Assembly (NCBI RefSeq): GCF_008000775.2
Contig: NZ_CP042905.2
Span: 4,292,195-4,324,194, forward strand
Length of the DNA: 32,000 nucleotides
Origin: Promethearchaeum syntrophicum
GTDB taxonomy: Archaea; Asgardarchaeota; Lokiarchaeia; Sigyniarchaeales; Promethearchaeaceae
Direction: 5' to 3'
A program made the translations under genes and the position numbers. Position 1 is the first letter of the stretch. Every line of letters starts with the position of its first letter. Of the stretch, positions 26,192-32,000 are shown in pieces. A model generated the notes under the pieces. It did no database searches. It was not told the DNA's origin and was given only the letters and a program-made list of their open reading frames with translations.

Positions 26192-27009
26192 TTAGAAAAA
26201 TGAATCCAGTCCCAACTTTCTATTTCATTTTAGATAAAAATCATAATTTTCTCGTGGAAAGTGTTGAAGGAAGAAAAGATCAAGAAAAATATTTTCCAAA
26301 AATTTCAGCTAAATTTAAAAAGAAACTCCAGGAGTCATTTCCGGAACAATTTCTTCTAAATCAGAATTTTCATCTAAAAATATTAAATAATACTGTTATT
26401 TTTGAAGTAATATTACTCAAACAAGAAATTAAACCAGAATTCCCCAATTTAAGATGGGTTTCAATATCAAAGATTACAGATAATGTAAATGTGGTTATTA
26501 ATTCAACTGAAAAAATAAGTATAGCCCCCGGTAAAATTCAAGAGATTTATTATTCAGAAGTTTTACAAGGGTATTCGCTGAAGGGAAAAGATTTTGAGGT
26601 ATGGCATTTTTGTAATAATGAATCTGATGCAAATAATCTTGCTGAATTGGTGAGAAAAGGGATAAAATGTGCGACAGCCAGTCTTTATGATGTTTATCAA
26701 GCAGAAAATGAACCGATCCCATCAATAGGTTCTCATTCAGTGATAATTAATTATGATGGTTTACCTCAATCCATAATTCGAACAACTAAGGTAGATATAG
26801 TTCCTTTTGAAGAAGTTTCCGCTGACTTTGCCAGAATTGAAGGTGAAGGTGATAAATCTTTGAACTATTGGCGTCGCGTGCATAATGAGTTTTTTTCAGA
26901 AGAATCCAAAGTATATAATGTGGCTTTCACGCCTAGAAGTTTAGTGATATGTGAACAATTTGAAGTGGTAAAAATTATTATTGAAAACAAAGAAAAAACT
27001 CATATATAG
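26188..27009 (+). CDS. ASCH-domain (PUA-like fold) protein with an unassigned ~130-aa N-terminal domain
   Basis: The C-terminal half reads 'VWHFCNNESDANNLAELVRKGIKCATASLYDVYQAENEPIPSIGSHSVIINYDGLPQSIIRTTKVDIVPFEEVSADFARIEGEGDKSLNYWRRVHNEFF'. It is collinear with the COG4405/ASCH family pattern (...a..l..lvl.G.KtAT.s......e.e.lP.vG....i.d..g.p.c.i.tt.v.i.pF.eV...fA..EGEGD.SL.yWr..H..FF). The start is GTG 26188 or ATG 26200. Confidence 0.75.
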   Translation: MIRKMNPVPTFYFILDKNHNFLVESVEGRKDQEKYFPKISAKFKKKLQESFPEQFLLNQNFHLKILNNTVIFEVILLKQEIKPEFPNLRWVSISKITDNVNVVINSTEKISIAPGKIQEIYYSEVLQGYSLKGKDFEVWHFCNNESDANNLAELVRKGIKCATASLYDVYQAENEPIPSIGSHSVIINYDGLPQSIIRTTKVDIVPFEEVSADFARIEGEGDKSLNYWRRVHNEFFSEESKVYNVAFTPRSLVICEQFEVVKIIIENKEKTHI

Positions 27010-27030
27010 TAAAAATCATATTATGTAAAT

Positions 27031-27540
27031 ATGGCTATGCTATACGATGATGAGCACTTCTGTAAACATTGCAATAAAAAAGTTGCTCATGTCCATTTTT
27101 GCACCCCAGCAGAGGAATCTAAGAAATTTAAATGCGAATATTGTGAAACTGAAAACATTAACCACCGTCATATGTGTTCTGAGAAATTGAAACACATTAA
27201 ATTCTACTGTAAAAATTGTGGAGCAGTTGCTGTGGATGAAACTCATGTATGTAATCCAATACCAATAGAAGAAGAATTGAAAGAACATTGGGATAAAATT
27301 AGTGAAAAATCAGAGTCTGAAGTTTTAACTTCTTGTGGTATATGTGGACAACCCGTAAGTCCTCCCGGTCATTATTGTGATCAGAAATTTCCTTACGTTT
27401 GTAAGTATTGCGGGCAGGAAATCACTGCTGGTTATCACCAATGTAAAAAAAAATCAGGAAAATATAAATTTATTTGTAAAACGTGTGGTCGATTAGGCGT
27501 TAAATCAACAGATGTTTGCGCACCGGCTCCGATTGATTAA
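27031..27540 (+). CDS. Cys/His-rich protein made of six tandem C-x2-C-x7-8-H-x-C modules (putative multi-zinc-knuckle protein)
   Basis: The six modules are 'CKHCNKKVAHVHFC', 'CEYCETENINHRHMC', 'CKNCGAVAVDETHVC', 'CGICGQPVSPPGHYC', 'CKYCGQEITAGYHQC' and 'CKTCGRLGVKSTDVC'. The His is replaced by Asp in the last one. Modules 1, 3 and 6 are each followed by a Pro-containing tail. ATG start, 21 nt after the ASCH gene. Confidence 0.7.
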   Translation: MAMLYDDEHFCKHCNKKVAHVHFCTPAEESKKFKCEYCETENINHRHMCSEKLKHIKFYCKNCGAVAVDETHVCNPIPIEEELKEHWDKISEKSESEVLTSCGICGQPVSPPGHYCDQKFPYVCKYCGQEITAGYHQCKKKSGKYKFICKTCGRLGVKSTDVCAPAPID

Positions 27541-27607
27541 AATTAGACTTATTTACATAATTTTTTCTTATTTTTGGCTAAAATTCCATATATTTATGAA
27601 AAACTTC

Positions 27608-27695
27608 TCGCATCAGTTACCCTAGGATTAACCTAGTATTATCATCATCGGTTCATTATAAACCTAAGACTTCCTCTGATTTCATCATCTGCAAT
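27608..27695 (-). ncRNA. Candidate C/D-box sRNA (non-canonical spacing); weak call
   Basis: The minus strand reads ...GCAG-ATGATGA-AATCAGAGGAAGT-CTTA-GGTTTATAATGAACC-G-ATGATGA-TAATACTAGGTTAATCCTAGGGTAA-CTGA-TGCG... It has two perfect RUGAUGA boxes, a terminal CUGA and a 3/4-match D' box (CUUA) 13 nt after box C. A GGTT/AACC mini-stem lies between D' and C'. A short GCA/TGC pairing is possible at the termini. The 25-nt spacer between C' and D is about twice the archaeal norm. Confidence 0.2.
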
Positions 27696-27831
27696 TAAAT
27701 AAAAAATCAAACAAATGAAAAATTTTGGTATTTTGAATTTGATAAAGTGAAAGAGATGAAAAAGGTTTTAAAATGGTAAAAATCAAATGTAGATCAAATT
27801 GAAATTTGAATAAATTAAATGGTTAAAAAAA

Positions 27832-28788
27832 ATGGTCGTTATAGCAGATGGACGGTTTGAACTACCAGAAAGATACTTGTATTCTTCACAACATGTTTTT
27901 TTGGATACAAAAAAAAAGATCGCGGGTCTGGATCAAATAGGATATGCATATTTATCTAACCCCACTGAATTCAAAGTCTTAGTTGAAGAGAAGGTACAAA
28001 TGAATGAACCTATTGCAGTTATTACAACCGATCGTGGAATTACGACACTTTATTCTCCATGTGCGGGAAAAATTAAAACTATAAACCAAGATCCTTTAAA
28101 AAATATGGAATTGGATACTTATACGAAAGGTTTTATCTTGGAATTTGAATCAATTTCTGAAATTGACCCAACACTAATCACTGGAGATAAAATTGAACCT
28201 TGGGCTAATCATGAAGTAAAAACATTACTCAAAAATGAATATTCATTTAAAGTTATCGAAATTGGGGATTCAGCAGCAGGTAAAACCGCAATAAAAGTTA
28301 GATTCACCGATGATTATTTTAAGCAGGATCTAAAAACAACTTTAGGTGTCGATTTCGGATCCAAAGAATTAAAATGTGAATATATAGCAGACGACACATT
28401 ATTTGCAGGGGTGTATCATTTTAATGCAAAATTGAATGTATGGGATGCTGCAGGACAAGCTCACTTCGAAAAAATTCGCGGAATGTATTATAGGGATGCT
28501 AAAGGAGCCCTACTTTGTTTTGATGTTAACAATCCAGTTTCATTTAAGAATTTGGATACTTGGGTTGATGAATTAGATGAAAATGTTGGACGGAAGGTGC
28601 CAGTATTATTAGTGGGCAATAAAATTGACTTAGAACGCCGTGTGAAGGCTAAAGATGCAGAAGATTATGCAGAAAAGCGAGGTTTCATTGGTTATGTGGA
28701 ATGTTCTGCCAAAACAGGCATCGGTATTCAAGAAGCATTTATGAAATTAGCTCTTGCGATTTATAAATATGAAGAAGGTTTAAGTTAA
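27832..28788 (+). CDS. Rab/Ras-like small GTPase fused to an N-terminal GcvH-like (lipoyl/biotinyl-fold) domain
   Basis: In the GTPase half (aa ~139-318), G1 is 'GDSAAGKT' (28264-28287) and switch I is 'TLGVDF'. G3 is 'WDAAGQ', G4 is 'GNKIDL' and G5 is 'CSAKTG'. There is no C-terminal prenylation Cys. The N-terminal half (aa ~8-115) reads 'LPERYLYSSQHVFLD...IAGLDQIGYAYL....FKVLVEEKVQMNEPIAVITTDRGITTLYSPCAGKIKTINQDPLKN...DTYTKGFILEFE'. It is collinear with glycine-cleavage H protein (IP..l.Yt..HEW......vGIT.yAq..LG.vvfVelPevG..v..g...gvvESVKaasdlYsPvsGev.evN..L...Pel.n.dPy.eGW......). The lipoyl Lys position is Arg68 (CGT 28033-28035). Confidence 0.85.
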   Translation: MVVIADGRFELPERYLYSSQHVFLDTKKKIAGLDQIGYAYLSNPTEFKVLVEEKVQMNEPIAVITTDRGITTLYSPCAGKIKTINQDPLKNMELDTYTKGFILEFESISEIDPTLITGDKIEPWANHEVKTLLKNEYSFKVIEIGDSAAGKTAIKVRFTDDYFKQDLKTTLGVDFGSKELKCEYIADDTLFAGVYHFNAKLNVWDAAGQAHFEKIRGMYYRDAKGALLCFDVNNPVSFKNLDTWVDELDENVGRKVPVLLVGNKIDLERRVKAKDAEDYAEKRGFIGYVECSAKTGIGIQEAFMKLALAIYKYEEGLS

Positions 28789-28793
28789 ATTCA

Positions 28794-29924
28794 TTAAGCT
28801 TTTTTTTTATGGGAACGAATAAGCCCTTTAATTAGAGAAATTCTTAGTAAAGCAGTAGATAAGATAAAAGACTGAAATATGGGTGCTAGTGGTGTAAAAT
28901 TGGATTCAAAATTAACCACAGAAATCCTAGGTTCATCTTGAAAATTCTTTATTAAATGAGTATTATTACTAATTAATGCCATGCTTCCAGCGCGATTTAG
29001 GATTAGATCTACTAGACGGGGAAGCGTATCTTTTTCAGTTTCTCCTGGTTCAAAAGCTCCAATCATAATGCATTTTATTTTTGTATTAATTGCTTTTCTT
29101 TCAAAAATTTGAAAGGGTCCATGAAAAAAGAGACCTAAAGATATCCCTTCACACATTGAACCGATAAAACTGTTTGCGTTAAGTGCTAATAATTTGCAGG
29201 AAGATTCGCTTACAGGATCTCGAGAAATTAAATATACAATTTTAAAATCTTGACCTAAGAAATCAACTAAAATCTTTGTTTGTGTAGGTTCAACTTTTCT
29301 ATATTCTTTTAATTCCGATATAAATTTCATAATTTTACTATGGATGTCTTCGGAAATTGGATCTTTTCCAAGTAATATCTGTGAAATGAAATAAAGGACT
29401 ACAATTGTATGCGGAAAAGATTTTGATGACAAAACTATTTCAGAATCAAGATATATAGGAAGATTTATTCCACAATAGGAAGAAATGGGTGATTTTTTAT
29501 TATTTGTTACTAACCATATAAGGTTTGGATCTATGTTTAGTATGTGTAATTGCTCAATTGCATTTTTTAATAAACGAGATTTACCAGATGTGGAAATAAA
29601 GATATACAGGGTGCTTGTATCATATTCCTTAGGAAGAAAATAATCATAAAATTCGGTCATTTCAATATTCTGCCACGTAAAAGAGACACTTTCCTTGTCA
29701 TTCATTAAAAGATATTTTGGAATTTCAGAGGCGAAAAAATTGAATGTATTTCCAATAAACACAACATGAGAGAACTGTAATGTTGATAGAATTTCTTGAA
29801 TATGGTTAATAATTTCCTTTCCTTCTTTATAAAAATAGTTATCAACACATTTTTCAAGTGATTCTGGTAAGGATAAAAATTCCTCGCGAATGTCTTCATA
29901 AAAAAAAGGCCATTTTTCAGTCAT
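28794..29924 (-). CDS. Double SIS-domain protein (GlmS isomerase-domain-like; GlmD/AgaS/FrlB family), paralog 2
   Basis: 'VVFIGNTFNFFASEIPKYLL' corresponds to the GlmS 'ACGTSYHAG' block. 'LYIFISTSGKSRLLKNAIEQL' corresponds to 'ISQSGETADT'. The second half has 'FFHGPFQIFE'. It is about 360 aa long, collinear with its neighbour, and its start ATG shares one nt with the neighbour's TAA (TAATG at 29922-29926). Confidence 0.75.
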   Translation of the reverse strand: MTEKWPFFYEDIREEFLSLPESLEKCVDNYFYKEGKEIINHIQEILSTLQFSHVVFIGNTFNFFASEIPKYLLMNDKESVSFTWQNIEMTEFYDYFLPKEYDTSTLYIFISTSGKSRLLKNAIEQLHILNIDPNLIWLVTNNKKSPISSYCGINLPIYLDSEIVLSSKSFPHTIVVLYFISQILLGKDPISEDIHSKIMKFISELKEYRKVEPTQTKILVDFLGQDFKIVYLISRDPVSESSCKLLALNANSFIGSMCEGISLGLFFHGPFQIFERKAINTKIKCIMIGAFEPGETEKDTLPRLVDLILNRAGSMALISNNTHLIKNFQDEPRISVVNFESNFTPLAPIFQSFILSTALLRISLIKGLIRSHKKKA

Positions 29925-31003
29925 TATTCAATAACACCTCTTCGCAATGCTTGATCTAATAACAGAAATTGAACTAATAATATTTCAAAAATTGGTGCTA
30001 GATATGAATTAGTTGTCGTATGTTCGAAAACCCAAACATTAGGATTTGCCCTACCTAACGATGATAATTGTCTGCTATTATTTATTAATACTACTTTTCC
30101 TGAACCTAATTTTTTAGTAATCATATCAATTAATCGTAGTGTATCTTCAATGCTTGAATTATCACTAATGACTAAAATACAACGGAAGGAATCATCAACT
30201 AATTGAAAAGGTCCATGTAAAAATAACCCAATATTAAAACCTTGACCAAAAAGACGTACATATGATTTAGAATTTAAAGCGCCTTGATAAGCAGTAGAAA
30301 GGCTTGCACCTTTAGATATAAAATATAAATTGTTATAATCTACTCCCAAAAAATCGTTAATTGATTTTAGATGAAATGCCCAATCGGTGCAATAAAATTT
30401 AGTTTCAAAAATTAGATTTCTTATCTCTTCTTCTACTTTTGGGGAAATAGGTTCCTCTTTCATGAATACCCGAGCAATTAAATATAGGATAAGAATGGTA
30501 GTAATATAAGAAATTGAGCCGATTACCTGTTGTGAACCCGACATCATAGGAAAATGAAAATGACTGTTTTTTGCTAAAAATGATTCAGGATTATTGGATA
30601 CGCCACATATTTGCTCAGCAGTAATATTCTTTTGTAGCAATTTTTCAATAGATTGTTTGATTTGTATTGATTCTCCAGATTCTGATATAAAAACAAATAA
30701 ACAATTTTTACAAAGTTGACTAGCATTAAAGTAATTTAAAAAATCTTCCACTTCATAATGTGCACAAAAAAATTCACTTGGATTTAGTTTTTTGGTTATA
30801 TAATAATAAGGAATGATTGAAGCGAAGTAATTATATGTATGACCAACAAAGATTATTCTTTGAAAACCTTTAGATTCGATATGTTGCCCCAATTTTTTAA
30901 GTAAGCCCTCTCCTTCTGCAAGGTAATAACGAAGACATCTTAAAAGTGCTTTAGGGATTGAAAGAAAATCTTCCAGGATAGCGTCAAATCTGAGTTTGGT
31001 CAT
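29924..31003 (-). CDS. Double SIS-domain protein (GlmS isomerase-domain-like; GlmD/AgaS/FrlB family), paralog 1
   Basis: The blocks 'IIFVGHTYNYFASIIPYYYI', 'LFVFISESGESIQIKQSIEKL', 'VIGSISYITTILILYLIA' and 'LFLHGPFQLVDD' are collinear with the sugar-isomerase half of GlmS as I remember it. Confidence 0.75.
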   Translation of the reverse strand: MTKLRFDAILEDFLSIPKALLRCLRYYLAEGEGLLKKLGQHIESKGFQRIIFVGHTYNYFASIIPYYYITKKLNPSEFFCAHYEVEDFLNYFNASQLCKNCLFVFISESGESIQIKQSIEKLLQKNITAEQICGVSNNPESFLAKNSHFHFPMMSGSQQVIGSISYITTILILYLIARVFMKEEPISPKVEEEIRNLIFETKFYCTDWAFHLKSINDFLGVDYNNLYFISKGASLSTAYQGALNSKSYVRLFGQGFNIGLFLHGPFQLVDDSFRCILVISDNSSIEDTLRLIDMITKKLGSGKVVLINNSRQLSSLGRANPNVWVFEHTTTNSYLAPIFEILLVQFLLLDQALRRGVIE

Positions 31004-31121
31004 TTGAATTCGATTAATCTTAATTTGTAATTAGTTTGTAATTAGTTGTTAAATATTTTTTTCCACTGAATTATTGTAATATAAAAATAGATTTGAAAAC
31101 CTTTGATGATAATAAAATATT

Positions 31122-31970
31122 ATGTTTAGAAAAAAAAAGGAAAAAAAAAAAGAAATCATCGATGAGAAAAATGGCAAAGCGAAAAGCAAATCGTTTATTT
31201 ATCGTTTATTTTCAATTGTTTCCTATGTCATTTTGCTTGGAATTGGATTAATCGTAGGTTATTTCGTAAAAATTCCTATTGAAATCTCGTACGCGATATT
31301 ATTTATTTTTGGAATTTTAGCTGTCGCATTAAATTTAGATGAGAATAAAATGCATTGGTTAAAGCAAATTCCGTTACTACGCCATCATTTTTCTTTAATG
31401 AATAGAATTAATAAAAAAATCGGAGAATCTGCAAAAGCGGGAACTTTAAAAGAAGCATTTAAATTTTTAATTGGAATGTTCATGCTAATCCTTTATCTCT
31501 TTTTATTCAATATCTTCATAATTCTTATTCGTTTAATTCTCTCAATTGGAATTCCCGATACAGATCCATTAAGATTTGTTGAAGCCTTTATCACTTTGAT
31601 TGGGGCGGGAATAACTGCCTATGTTGTATGGCTTATTGCATTTTATAAAGAAATAAAAATGTTAAAGAAGAGGGAAGTAGGATCTTTAAAAAAAAAAATA
31701 ATGAAGAAAGTGAAATCTGGTTTGGGATTTGTAAATATCTATTTAAAACTTATTCCTTTGTCTCTAGCTTATTTGGTATGGATAACCGGAGAAATTTTAT
31801 TCATGTTAGGGAGTAACTTAGCAGGAATTGCATTAATTGTATATATCTTAGGAGGAACGTTATATGGACTCTTAATAATATGTATAATTTGCATTATATT
31901 TCTTACTAAGGCACCTAAATTAACAGACGAATCAACAATAGAAATAAATTCAAAGGAAGAGCATAATTAA
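31122..31970 (+). CDS. Hypothetical polytopic membrane protein with a Lys-rich N-terminus
   Basis: A 282-aa ORF with an ATG start and at least 6 hydrophobic helices separated by short charged loops. I recognise no family. Confidence 0.55.
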   Translation: MFRKKKEKKKEIIDEKNGKAKSKSFIYRLFSIVSYVILLGIGLIVGYFVKIPIEISYAILFIFGILAVALNLDENKMHWLKQIPLLRHHFSLMNRINKKIGESAKAGTLKEAFKFLIGMFMLILYLFLFNIFIILIRLILSIGIPDTDPLRFVEAFITLIGAGITAYVVWLIAFYKEIKMLKKREVGSLKKKIMKKVKSGLGFVNIYLKLIPLSLAYLVWITGEILFMLGSNLAGIALIVYILGGTLYGLLIICIICIIFLTKAPKLTDESTIEINSKEEHN

Positions 31971-32000
31971 TCTGTTAATAATTGCGAGATAAATAATTCA

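Noticed and set aside
27622-27636. CTAGG-ATTAA-CCTAG hairpin, considered as a terminator for the Cys-rich protein gene
   Set aside because: The stem is only 5 bp, it lies ~80 nt past the stop codon, and no adjacent T-tract follows. It is better treated as part of the candidate sRNA or regulatory island.
1-32000. Search for CRISPR arrays, IS elements/transposases, integrases, prophage genes, rRNA and large direct repeats
   Set aside because: I saw no regularly spaced direct repeats, no transposase, integrase or phage-like ORFs, and no rRNA-like conserved stretches by eye. The window looks like core chromosome rather than a mobile island. A computational repeat scan would be needed to exclude short, diverged repeats.

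Overview
By eye this is a strongly AT-rich, gene-dense chromosomal segment with about 27 protein genes and 2 tRNAs. I saw no rRNA, CRISPR array or recognisable mobile element. The core machinery is archaeal: TFB, RtcB, a SepF-like protein and an intron-containing tRNA. Combined with a Rab-like small GTPase and a possible gelsolin-like domain, this suggests an Asgard (Lokiarchaeia-like) archaeon; that assignment is inference, not a database result.

Confident calls are 4-alpha-glucanotransferase (MalQ), an SMC-family ATPase, a cold-shock-domain protein, an alpha/beta hydrolase, a gamma-class N6-adenine DNA methyltransferase, TFB, an M18 aminopeptidase, RtcB, GTP cyclohydrolase II, an APC permease, an ASCH-domain protein, two tandem SIS-domain paralogs, tRNA-Thr(CGU) and a class II tRNA-Leu(GAG).

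Loci most worth a second look:
1. A + strand operon (5230-11313) encoding a Walker-A-less AAA+-like protein, an SMC with a hinge and Smc5/6-like head motifs, a kleisin-like protein and a ScpB/KITE-like protein. A SepF-like gene follows directly.
2. A Rab-like GTPase fused to an N-terminal GcvH-like domain whose lipoyl lysine is replaced by Arg.
3. A possible gelsolin-like domain fused to a polytopic membrane domain and translationally coupled to a methyltransferase that has no visible nuclease partner.
4. A protein made of six tandem C-x2-C-x7-8-H-x-C modules, sitting in a three-gene cluster with an ASCH protein.
5. A tRNA-Leu with a 30-nt D-loop insertion and C at position 33.
6. A weak candidate C/D-box sRNA in the 290-nt spacer upstream of the GTPase.

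All homology statements come from motif recognition by eye; no searches were run.
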